From Eledone cirrhosa (Eukaryota), in the NCBI GenBank assembly GCA_964016885.1, contig OZ024745.1:86800001-86864000 (forward strand): 64,000 nucleotides of DNA. The letters run 5' to 3'. The translations under genes were made by a program, and so were the position numbers. Positions 15,586-27,326 of the stretch are shown one piece after another; the first letter of the stretch is position 1, and each line of letters starts with the position of its first letter. Below the pieces are notes generated by a model. The model made no database searches. It was not told the DNA's origin and worked only from the letters and a program-made list of their open reading frames with translations.

Positions 15586-15769
15586 ATCAATCCTAATAAA
15601 GGATTATATCTAAATACACTAATACATACTCGTCATATGCATAAACTTTTACACTCGCTTTTATACATTAATGCAGTTATGCTGCTGCTCCTGCTACTAC
15701 TACTACTGCTACTACGACTACGACTACTACTACTACTACATACACATTTTTTATAGAAAAAAATATTCT

Positions 15770-16432
<663 letters not shown>

Positions 16433-16744
16433 AGTGCCAAATGAAATACAAAAGATTCTGTCCTATTCATTGGTGACAAAGCATGTAATAAAACCGTAGA
16501 TAGATGCATGGATGTATAGTTAGATCCACAGATAGGTAGATAGATATATATCTTTATTTTCCACAAGGGCGCACAAGAAAAAGGGACAATACAAAGAAAG
16601 ATGCCGGGGATTTTACATACAGTCGTGTAAAAATATTGAAACAAACAATTATAACAATCGAAATCCCCAATAGGGGGGAAGTGCCACAAATGGGTTGTTT
16701 AATACCCCGTGGTTAGAACAACCCTCAACTTCAGGAGCGTGTTG

Positions 16745-19339
16745 TGCAAGTGTTGCCTTCTTCCTTTTGCTCTCTTCTTTAACCTACAGGCTTATAAACA
16801 GAGAAGGCCCAATCACTCGGGCCATTTTCGCTTCATTCACCCACCTTTCAGTAACTTTACTAGGGTGCAGTGCCTCTCTCTCCACTCTAATTCTCCTTCT
16901 AAAGTGATACTTAAAGAAGGGAATCAATTGTTGTCCGGAGAGAAAGGCATCTGTCCTCAGTCCTCTCAATCTCGTCCACCATATAACCTCTTTTACCATA
17001 GCTACTGTATAGAGGAAAACCGCCTCTCTTTCGTTTTTGAAAGAGGATGGCGGTTTGATCCTTACTATGGACTCGGCAGTCAACTGGATTTTTCCCATAC
17101 GCGACAGCAGTTGTTATGCGTAGTTCCACAGGTCGCTTAGGCCCGGGCAGTGTACAATTGCGTGCAAGACGGTTTCAATGTCCTGCTCTCATCTTGGACA
17201 CGTCCTCTTGGAAGGATCCCTGCCGGGGCGTCCGTGCCTGTAGATCTTATCTCGAACGAGTAGAGCTCCTCGGTAGCACTGCCAGGCCAGGGACCTCTGG
17301 AAGTTGTCCATAGGTCCCGGGTGGAAAGTCCTACCGAAAAGACAGGTGAGCTCGTCGTCTTCGACGCCTAGAGTCTCCCTGAGCACGTCGTCGCACTTGT
17401 AAAGTACTAACCACCTATAGAATGTCAAAGTGGAGTCTCCACTGATTTCTGTGCTCGCTTGACAGAGGACTGTGAGCGCCTGGGCGCATTCAATGTGCCA
17501 GGCACCCATCTTCTTCGGTCTTCGCTTGACCCAGGACTGCAGCTCCGTCAGCGAGACAAGTTGTGGGAAGGCCTGTTTCACAAACGGTGCCCACACCGGT
17601 TGGTCGATGAGGAATACCTGGAGATGCCGTAGCCTCAGCGCATCTTTGCGCATCATTAGCCACGGCACGCCCAGCCTTCCGTTGGAAGGGTTTTGACAGC
17701 AGACGGATCTCCTCACCAGTGGAGCCTGCTTCTTCCACAGGAACTGGAAGAGAATGCGTTCCATCTTGGTGAGGTATTCACGGGGACAAGGCACGACAGT
17801 CAAGCAGCAGTAGATGACGGACGCTATGAAAGTGTTCGCCACCTCCGCTCCACCTTTCAAAGACAGTTTGCAATCTGCCCACTTCTGGATGAGCGCAAAT
17901 ACTTTGGCCATGACCTCGTTCCAGTTTTTCTCCACCTGGAGGTCTGGATCGAACCAGACCGAGTAATTTCACCGGTTCTTCCATGCAGCGTCCGACGACG
18001 CTGTCGGACGGCATCGGTTTGCCTCTCCACGTACCGAGTTGCAAACCGACAGACTTGTCCGGGTTCAGTTTTGCTCCTGTGAACCTTTCGTATTCCTGTA
18101 GTAGGTTGCCGATTACCTTGATTTCCGAGGTTTTCGACACCATTACTGTCATGTCGTCAGCATAAGCCGACGCCAATTTTCGCAGTCCCGGTTCTAAAGG
18201 GATGCCCTGCAAAAGCTTCAACTTCCGCAGTAGTGGCTCTAGAGTCAATACGTACAGAATGGAGGAGAGAGGGCATCCCTGTCGAATGGAACGCGTGATT
18301 GCGAACGGCTGGTGTGCATCGCCTTGATCCAGCCTCTGAAAACGGGACCGAAACCGGCCGCCTTGAGAACCGCTTCCAAGTATCGATGGTCGACCCTATT
18401 GAATGCCTTAGACTGATCTTAAGCCGGGTTTATACCCCACACTCTCTATGATGTATCGCATGAGGTGGAGGTTGTCGTGTATGGACCTGGTCGGGATTGC
18501 ACACGTTTGTGCTTTCCCTACCAGGTTTTCGTCGACAAGTGCCAGCCTCGTTGCTAGCACCTTGGCCAAAATCTTTAACTCTGTGTTGAGCAGAGTTATG
18601 GGCCTGAAATTGTTTATTTGGTGCCCCTTGTTCTCGTCTTTCCTGATCAGCGTTACTACGCCCTCGCCTGCAGAACTGGGAATTGTCCCGCTCTGCTACC
18701 AATTGCAGAAGACGGCTTAGAGGACGCCAGAGAACAAGTCCGGTATGCCTATGTAAAACTCATAGGGTAGACTATCTAGACCGGGTGATTTGCGTGTCCC
18801 GCAGCCGCACAGAGCGTCCTGTATCTCAGTGGCTGTGATCGGTCTTTCGCAGGACTCGGCGTCCGTGCTCGAGAGACGCGCAAGGCCGTCGAGGTATGAA
18901 CCGAAGTCCATTTCCCCGTTCGGTGCACCGTCGCTCTGCTCAAACCGTCGCGCAAAGTGCCACTGAAAGGCCGCGTACATCTGCCTGGGGTCAAGTATCA
19001 CGCGTCCGTTTTGGTCTTTTAAAGACCGAATCGTAGACTTGTTGCCTCTTTTCGTTTCCGCCACTCGGGCCCAGCTAACTGCCTTTGCTCCCTCGTTTCC
19101 TAGAGCACGTATTTACTTCTGACCACGCAGCCTTTGTGTTTAGCGTGGAAGAACTGGTCCAGTACCGTTCTCGATGCTAGCACTCTAGCTGCGTTGCCAC
19201 TCCTAAGCGCCTCTTCTACCTTGGCTACTAGTTCTGTTTCTGATTTGTTTTTCTCTAAAGCTAATTCTCTGCTAAAGTCTATCGATTCTACTCTAATTGC
19301 TCTCTTGAGAGAGTACTACCATCTAATGTTGACGATGGC
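16745..19339 (-). pseudogene. Tx1/L1 ORF2 reverse transcriptase and C-terminal region, with multiple frameshifts and stops
   Basis: KSPGLDSLPYEFY, RPITLLNTELKILAK, LEPLL...AYADD, W....LSLKG...VAN, and FQFLWK. Confidence 0.92.
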
Positions 19340-20164
19340 TCACATCAACTCTTGCTTAACTAATCTACTTATCCGTTCACTGTAGGCTTTTCGTATCGGT
19401 AGCGACACGTTCAGCTTCCAGTATCCGCGTCCTTGTCTATGTATTCTGTCAGGGTTGACTATGCAGACGACTAGTTTGTGATCTGAATAGGTAACCATGT
19501 GAATTTGTGGACAGCTTAACATCTTCTTGTCCTTTTCTCTAATGAAAAACCTATCTAGATACGATCCAGATGTCCCGCTGAAGCTTGCCCACGTCCACTG
19601 TGGTGCAGTCGGGAAATCTTGTCGATATCTATCGGCCAGTTGGAATTGGCCGATTAGATTTTTGAGGCTGTTGCATCCCGCTCTACTGGGACATGCTTCC
19701 ACATAGTCCCATCGTGCATCTAGGATACCATTCCAGTCCCCCACTAAAAGGAAGGAGCGAGACGTTCCCAGAAAAAACTCTAGACGCTTAAAGAAGTCTG
19801 GCCGCGATTGTGATTGCTCGGTCGGGACATAAACGGCCACCAGTCTGAAGGCTCCACTTCCAATACTGTTCACGTCTAGGACTCCAGGTCTACGCTCCGG
19901 GTCCAAGTGTACTTTCTGTACTTCGACGTCCAGGTTCTTCCGAAACATGACAGCCATTCCCCCTCCACCTCCTGGCTGACAGAGAGATGCGTAGATCTCA
20001 AAGTCGTCGAAGATGGTGGTTAGTTGCTGCCTGTTGTGGATTCTGGACTCGATGATGGCTATCACATCCATACCGTGTGACTTAAGGTCGTTAAAAAGTT
20101 GGCCCTGTTTCCAGGGCATCCCTAGGCCACGAACCTTCACGCTTCCAACTCGTAAACTAGCCAT
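19340..20164 (-). pseudogene. Tx1/L1 ORF2 APE endonuclease domain
   Basis: MASLRVGSVKVRGL, LVAVYVP, LLVGDWN, SYLDRFFI, SDHKLV, GYWKLN. Confidence 0.93.
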
Positions 20165-20205
20165 GTCGGTGGAGTAGAGTTGGCGAAAAGGACGAAAAGG
20201 TACAC

Positions 20206-21450
20206 TTACCTTTTCGTTTCCTGGAGATCGAGTTGTTCAATCTCCATTTCAGTTCTGGTGGGGGTGTTGAGTGGGGTGGGGACACATTTCAACAGGACAC
20301 GGTTTATTGGTTTTTGGCAGGGGTTGCCAACGTCCTGTGAAAACTGTTGTTTCAATTTCTGATAGGTTTCTATCGAAACCCTTATTCGTTTTAGGTGTGG
20401 TTGAGAGTCTGCTTTTACAAAAGTTTCCCCCTCAGGTTCTACTTTGGGGTCTTGGGAGATGACCTCCATTAGGTTTTTGTTGTTTGTGTTAATGTATGTG
20501 TATTGTTGTTTGTTTTTTTGTTGTGTTGTTTTGGTTTGTTGTCATTTTGTAGTTTTCTTTTTATGGTGGGCATTTGTGTTTGGGGTGGTGTTGGTGTTTG
20601 TTTTGTTGGTAGGGGAGGGGGGCGGCGGTTGATTGTGGTGGTGTTTGTGTTGGTGGTTGTGTGTTCGTGTTGGTGATTGTTGTTTTGGGGGTTTTGTGGT
20701 GTCTCTTTTTTTTTATTTACAAGGCTCTCCTTCATCTTCACTTGGGGATGGAGAAGTAGCCTCGTCTCGTGATGAATCGTCATCAGGGGCGTGTGGGAGG
20801 GGTATGTTGTGTGGTGATGGTGTGTTTGTGTGTGTGATTGTGGAAGTGTTGGATGGAGTGGGATGGGGTGGGACTGTGTTTTTCAGGGGAATTGTTTGTG
20901 TTTTTTCTGTTGTTTGTGGTTGAACAGTTGTTTGTTTTTGTGTGTTTGCTTGTTTTGTGTGTTGTTGTTGTTGTGGTTTTGGAATTGGTGTTGGTAAAAA
21001 TATTTTTTTGGGGGTGGTGGTGTTTGTTCGTAAGAGGGGACAGGAGGCCTTTAAATGCGATGTGCTTGCGCATTTAAAACAATGTCGCCTCCTGGCTTCA
21101 GCCGAAATCTGTATATAGTTTGTATTGTCTACTGGCACACTTTCTGGTATCTTGGAAATTCTGTCCGGTTTCATTTGGACCAACATTTCCAAGCTTGTGC
21201 CGTTCCAGGTGTTTCTTGTGGATTTTTGAATCGACAGTATTGTGTCTTCATTTTCCTCCAAGAACCCTGCCAGAATCCACCAGATGTTAATGTTGGGTGG
21301 TATATTGGTGATGTTTATTCTTTGTGTTCTTTTTGCCAAGTATGTAGGGAAAAAGGTGTGTGTGGGAGAGGTGACCGGGGTCACTGAGTATTTTTTCGCA
21401 AGTGCCTCACCGAAATGCTTCCATATAGTTTAGCCCTTTGTATGTATTGT
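20206..21450 (-). pseudogene. Tx1/L1 ORF1 (gag-like zinc-knuckle protein), frameshifted
   Basis: RRRHCFKCASTSHLKASCP (CX2CX4HX4C) followed by a P/T/N-rich low-complexity tail. Confidence 0.85.
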
Positions 21451-21572
21451 ATTTCCGGCATTGCCTCTTTCAAGACGATTTCAATTTCGCCTTGAGTAAG
21501 GAAACCCGGTTTTTTTTTGTTTGTTCAAAATCGTGCGAAAAGTCACGTCCTTCGCATAGTGTCGGCTTTGAT

Positions 21573-21898
21573 TTGATGGATAGATGGATGGATGTATGGA
21601 TGGATGGATAGATGGATAGATAGATAGATGGGTAGATGGATGGATGGATATATGGATGGATGGATAGATAGGGCGATACATATATACATAGATGGATATA
21701 TAGATAGATGGGCGGATAGATACATAGATAGATAGAAAAATAGATAGAAATATCCACCGATAGGTAGATGGATAGATAGATGTATGGATGGATAGATAGA
21801 TAGAAACATAGATAAAGAGATAGATAGAAACATAGATAAAGAGATACATAGATACAGAGATAAAGAGATACATAGATACATAGATAAATACATAGATA
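21573..21898. repeat. (GATA)/(GGAT)n microsatellite between the two Tx1 copies
   Basis: Direct reading of the sequence. Confidence 0.95.
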
Positions 21899-22312
21899 TA
21901 TTTCTTGGGCGCACAAGAAAAGGGAACAATACAAAGACACATGCCGGGATTTTACATACAGTCGTGTGAAAATATTGAAACAAACAATGATAATAATCGA
22001 AATCCCTAATAGGGGGGAGGCGCCACAAATGGGTTGTTTAATACTCCGTCGTTAGAACAACCCTCAACTTCAGGAGCGTGTTGTGCAAGTGCCCCCTTCT
22101 TCCTTTTGCTCTCTTCTTCAACCTACAGGCTTATAAACAGAGAAGGCCCAACCAATCACTCGGGCCATTTTCGCTTCATTCACCCACCTTTCAGTACATT
22201 TACTGGGGTGCAGTGCCTCTCTCTCCACTCTGATTCTCCTTCTAAAGTGATACTTAAAGAAGGGAATCAATTGTTTTCCGGAGAGAAAGGCATCTGTCCT
22301 CAGTCCTCTCAA
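21899..22312 (-). mobile_element. 5'-truncated second copy of the Tx1 element (3' end only)
   Basis: Highly similar to 16560-16970 and in the same orientation. Confidence 0.93.
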
Positions 22313-22968
22313 GCTCTTTTTATATTTTTAATTATCGTGTCTATAGTCTGCCTTTCATAGGTTATAGATTCCATACACTGGTGGTTTTTCCCCCTGTTTT
22401 ATTGATAGCGCACTGTATATCTCTCTCTGGTGTGTTACCTTTTCAACATATTGTATTTTAAAGAGATCAGGATCTCTTCTCCTTTGAGCACATTATTTAC
22501 AGGGAATAGCGAGGGCCTATGCCTCTGTTAATTTATCGTGATATTTCGCTCCTAATAACAGTCTTTCCTATCTCTGTTTGGTTGAGCACACTTCTCTGAG
22601 TGGCTTTGGGCTGCCCTTTCTAACAGTTCGTCCCTCAGAGGCCACTGGTTCACTGCCCTTAAACACGCTGTGACTTCTCTCTCCCACGTGTAGCTGGACA
22701 GTCAATTTTAAAATTCTCTTAGTGTTGTCTGAAATGTATGGCCTTACACACACTGATGAACCGAGACTAGACCATTTCTTTCAAGAAATTTTTGGTGAAA
22801 CATATCTTTGGATTTGTACGTGTGTTATATAGTTATAGAGGTATTTATTTACGCTTTAATTTATATTTTTAATTATCGTGTCTATAGTCTGCCTTTCATA
22901 GGTTATAGATTCCATACACTGGTGGTTTTCCCCCTGTTTTATTGATAGCGCACTGTATATCTCTCTCT
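22313..22968 (+). mobile_element. Non-coding HHR retroelement (retrozyme/PLE pLTR-like): ~540-bp unit plus ~115-bp terminal direct repeat
   Basis: 22313-22428 is repeated at 22853-22968. The unit contains an HHR and no ORF. Confidence 0.8.
22746..22825 (+). ncRNA. Type I hammerhead ribozyme
   Basis: acacaca-CTGATGA-stem II (accgaga/ttttggt)-GAAA-stem III (catatc tttg gatttg)-TA-cgtgtgt. GUA cleavage triplet, with one mismatch at the base of stem I. Confidence 0.8.
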
Positions 22969-22969
22969 C

Positions 22970-23885
22970 CAGTACATTACATTATTGATAGCGCACTGTA
23001 TATCTCTCTCTCCAGTACATTACTGGTACTTTATTTTATCGACCCCGTAAGGATGAAAGGCAAAGTTAACCTCGGCGGGATTTGAACACAGACCGTAAAG
23101 GGACGTAACTATGCTGGAAAGCATGGCGTCCGACTCTCTACTGATACTGCCAATCCACCGCTATAAATAATGCTTTCTTTTAATACTCTATGAAATATTA
23201 AAAGTAGTATTAATGGTTTGTGATTTAGGTACATGGCTAATAATTTTGGGAAAGGGAAAAGTCGATTAAACCGACTCCAGTGCATTACTGGTACTTTATT
23301 TTATCGACCCTGTAAGGATGAAAGGCAAAGTTAACCTCGGCAGGATTTGAACTCAGACCCTATATACTATAAATGATTGTTTCTACTTTTGGCACAAGGG
23401 CAGCAAATACCCCAGTGCATTACTGGAACTTGATTTTATCTTGATTTTATGCCTGTCTGCAGAACATTTCCGACGCTCTTCCGATTCTGCGAATCTACCA
23501 CCCTATATACTAGAAATAATTGTTTCTACTTTTGGTACAAGGCCAGCAGTTACCTCAGTGCATTACTGGTACTTTATTTTATCGATTTGAACTCAGAGCG
23601 TAAATGGCCACAACTTTGTGCTGAAAAGCATGGTGTCTGACGCTCTACTATTACTGCCGAATCATAAATAATGGTTTCTTATATAGGCACAAGGCCAGCA
23701 ATTCCGACAGCGGGGAAATTCATTTAAATCGACCCCAGTGCGTGATTGGTACTTTAATTTATCGACCCCAGAAGGATGAAAGGCAAAGTTAACCCCGGCG
23801 GGATTTGAACTCATAATGGCATGGGGCGTAACTCTGTGTGTCAAAGAATGGCGTCCGACCCTCTACCGATACTGCCAATCCGCCA
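22970..23885 (-). mobile_element. Tandem cluster of tRNA-SINE copies
   Basis: About 5 partial or full copies of the dominant family. Confidence 0.85.
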
Positions 23886-24609
23886 ATGCTTTCTTTTAAT
23901 ACTCTATGAAATATTGAAAGTAATAATTATAATGACACCATCTATTTACGTTTATATGAATAGACATTAAAGAATTCTTTTAGTTTCTATTAGTTGACGT
24001 TGTTTCAATGAAAATTTCCTGCAATATCTTGTCAGTCTTCAATATATTTGGCGTATCACAAAATATTTTTTTGTATTAGAAACGCCTACAACAATGCATT
24101 GATTTATATTGTGAAAACCTTGAGCATGGCTCACCAAGATATATCTGGCATAAAATTATTGAAGGTAAAACTATGAAATTTATTCATATATTCCGTCTTA
24201 TTGGTAGAAACATTTTGTAAATAAAATCAGCTGTATTTTCTATTGTTCAATATATTTGCATTGATTAGTTAAGTTTGTTCAATTCCCTGTACTGTTTTCT
24301 CTCCAATACAACTAATTGAATAAACTGGAATGGTTTACTCTTATCTGCGCAAATAATTCGAAAGTTTTAATCAATGTCTAAGGTTATTCTTATTTAGTTT
24401 CAACATACACATACTCACACATGAACATATACACGTACATATATATATAAGCATATATATATATAAGCATATGTATGTATACACACGCACACACACAATT
24501 TGGCTCAAGAAGTCACATTCGCACACAGACAAAGGTTTATTATTATTTCAATCTCTTTTCATTTCATCTTACGTGTTTGAAGTCATGCTTGTCTTCCGTA
24601 ATGAGGAAG

Positions 24610-24742
<133 letters not shown>

Positions 24743-24869
24743 TTAAGGTAAATATTGATGCAATTCAATTCAAGCACTCAACGCACCTTTTCCACATAGG
24801 AGTGACGGAGTATATATCGAATAAGAAAAAGCGAAGTAGTTTCAGATGTTAAAGTCATTTAATGATAAT

Positions 24870-24943
24870 GCTGTGATACATATTTCAATGACGACAGTGG
24901 CCACACGGTTCGGTGCGCCAGTGCCGTGACATCATCAGACAGC
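24870..24943 (-). ncRNA. Type I hammerhead ribozyme (long stem II)
   Basis: gctgt-CTGATGA-tgtcacggcactggcgcaccgaaccgtgtggccactgtcgtcatt-GAAA-tatgta-TC-acagc. Stem I is a perfect 5 bp. Confidence 0.8.
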
Positions 24944-26493
24944 TTGTTACATAATAAGGTTATGTTTCCGAGGCAATCCAAATTGAATCGACATCGGAAC
25001 GGACAGAACGTGTGCACTTGTGTTTTCGCCCGTTCCCTCGTTAGTCCCAATTCACCCCCCACTGGTCTGCGCAGGCGCAGGTCCGAAGGAAGTTGACCAT
25101 CAACTATCGCAGAGTTCTACGAAACACGTCTAGGCAGCCCCCCCCCCCCTCACCCAAACAATGACCCCATCCAACCTGTAATATGACACGGTTATAGTTT
25201 ACTGCTAGCCGGCCGAAAGACAGTAGGGTGGGAGAGTATGAGTATCAATAAACACTACCTCTAAGTTAAGTATGGACAGTAGAATTGACAATCTCCCGCT
25301 AAGAGAAAATATACTTATTTCTAGGTATTATGTTTTCACAGTGAAGATTATGAATGAGAGTTGGAAATTAAAACTAAAAATAAAAAATAAAAAAACAGGA
25401 CTTTAACATCTGAAACTACTTCGCTTTTTCTATTTCGATATATACTCCGTCACGCCTATGTGGAAAAGGTGCGTTGAGGGCTTGAATTGAATTGCATCAA
25501 TATTTACCTTAAGAATTTAGCTCCAAAATGTTGAGCGCTCTATGATGAAACCAATATAGTGGAGAAGAGAGGAACCAGCCATCTACCATGGGGATGGATT
25601 ACACACACTGGAAATCCCTGGTACTGGACGGACATAAAATTATAAACTAACTTTCGACAGGATAAATACGCTGAAATAAAAACAACGATAAACCCCTATA
25701 TTCCTGCAGCAAATTGCATTTGCACAGAGGCCTTGAACAGAAGCCCCTCACTTCACCAGATAACAAGTCTTTATATGGATAAATTGACAATCACGTTAAC
25801 CACGTATACTCGCATTTCCATGCTCGTATATGTCTCTCATATATATATCTTATATCTCATTTTACATATGTATCTCATTTTACATCTATGTATTTTATGT
25901 ATTTTTTGTATCTTTTGCGTATTTCATATTTTGTATTTTGTGTTTTGTTCCATCTGATAGAGATATTAACTATGTATTCGCCTAATTACTACGTTCCATA
26001 CTGTAATTTACCCTCCGTTCTACTGTATCGTTCAATATGTGGATAATATATCTCTAATATTGATCCCGCTTTCAAAACTTCTTAATATAATTTAAACATC
26101 TCCCTATTTATTAGTAATTATATGTTCATATATTTCTTTACTTACTTCAATCTAGATTCTAACTTGTAATTTTTTTAATTTTTTTAAATTTTTGTTTTTT
26201 GATTTTTAATTTTTAGTTTTAATTTCCAACTCTCATTCATAATCTTCACTGTGAAACCATAATACCTAGAAATAAGTATATTTTCTCTTAGCGGGCGATG
26301 GTCAATTCTACTGTCCATGCTTAACTTAGAGGTAGTGTTGAGACCTATTGATACTCATACTCTCCCACCCCCACCGGTGGGGTGAATTGGGACTCACAAG
26401 GGAACGGGCGAAGAACCCAAGAGCGCACGCTTTGTCCTTTCCATGACGATTCAATTTGGATTGCCTCGGAAACATAACCTTATTATGTAACAA

Positions 26494-26567
26494 GTTGTCT
26501 GATGATGTCACGGCACTGGCGCACCGAACCGTGTGGCCACTGTCGTCATTGAAATATGTATCACAGC
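26494..26567 (+). ncRNA. Type I hammerhead ribozyme (same family as 24870-24943)
   Basis: gttgt-CTGATGA-...-GAAA-tatgta-TC-acagc. Confidence 0.8.
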
Positions 26568-26613
26568 ATTATCATTAAAGGACTTTAACATCTGAAACTA
26601 CCTCGCCTTTTCT

Positions 26614-26645
<32 letters not shown>

Positions 26646-26981
26646 TTAAAACAATATGGTTTGCCTGACTCGATTTAACGTAATAAATCAATAAAAATAA
26701 CAAACCTATCCTTGCGAAACAGATTTACATCTGTCAGGGTATCATAGGCTCTTTGCCCGATATAGGTTTGTTATTTTTATTGATTTATTACGTTAAATCG
26801 AGTCAGGCAAACCATATTGTTTTAAATTAGTATTTTTTCAACCTTTGCAATTGGAACCCATTTATACTTATATCTGTGTTCATCCCTCTCATATATCCAA
26901 TTATATTACACGGCTCGGAAAGATTGCCTTCTTTGAGCTATTTAATTGTAAAAGACTATTTTGAGTTTCTAACTCAATCTA

Positions 26982-26984
<3 letters not shown>
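26646..26984 (+). mobile_element. Fold-back PLE-pLTR-like element with a half HHR in its loop (copy 1)
   Basis: ~65-bp inverted arms (26646-26710 / 26761-26826). The loop holds GAAA-cagat ttac atctg-TC. Flanked by (TA)n. Confidence 0.75.
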
Positions 26985-27063
<79 letters not shown>

Positions 27064-27068
27064 ATGTA

Positions 27069-27310
27069 TCAAGATAGAACCTGTTTTAACTAGTAAGACT
27101 ATTACTCAACAGAGTACTCGATGCTTGAGAAAATAAAGTATGGCTTAACCCGCCCGTCCCCTCAATCTATGTTATTTCTCTTTCTTTCTTCTGATGAAGG
27201 ACTAGCGTCCGAAACGTTAAGACCCTCTTCCTGCTATATCAAGCGTTAACCTAATATATGCCTTCCATATACTGTACCGATTGTGTTGTTATTTCTGTTT
27301 ATCTTTTACA
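27069..27310 (+). mobile_element. Short PLE pLTR/retrozyme fragment ending in (TA)n
   Basis: Contains a minimal HHR and lies tail-to-tail with the PLE on its right. Confidence 0.7.
27187..27222 (+). ncRNA. Minimal type I hammerhead ribozyme
   Basis: tctt-CTGATGA-a-ggac tagc gtcc-GAAA-cg-TT-aaga. Stem III is the palindromic ACGU typical of PLE minimal HHRs. Confidence 0.88.
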
Positions 27311-27326
27311 TATATATATATATATA

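Larger units (their letters stand above)
16545..21572 (-). mobile_element. Near full-length, decayed Tx1/L1-clade non-LTR retrotransposon
   Basis: ORF1 has a CCHC knuckle. ORF2 has an APE endonuclease, an RT (KSPGLDSLPYEFY; QGCPLS; AYADD) and a C-terminal Cys region. The 3' end has AATAAA followed by (TATC)n. Confidence 0.93.

Noticed and set aside
20157-20212. Perfect AG|GTAAGT donor overlapping the Tx1 ORF1 stop, suggesting ORF1-ORF2 splicing
   Set aside because: The implied intron is only ~50 nt and nothing else supports it, so it may be chance.
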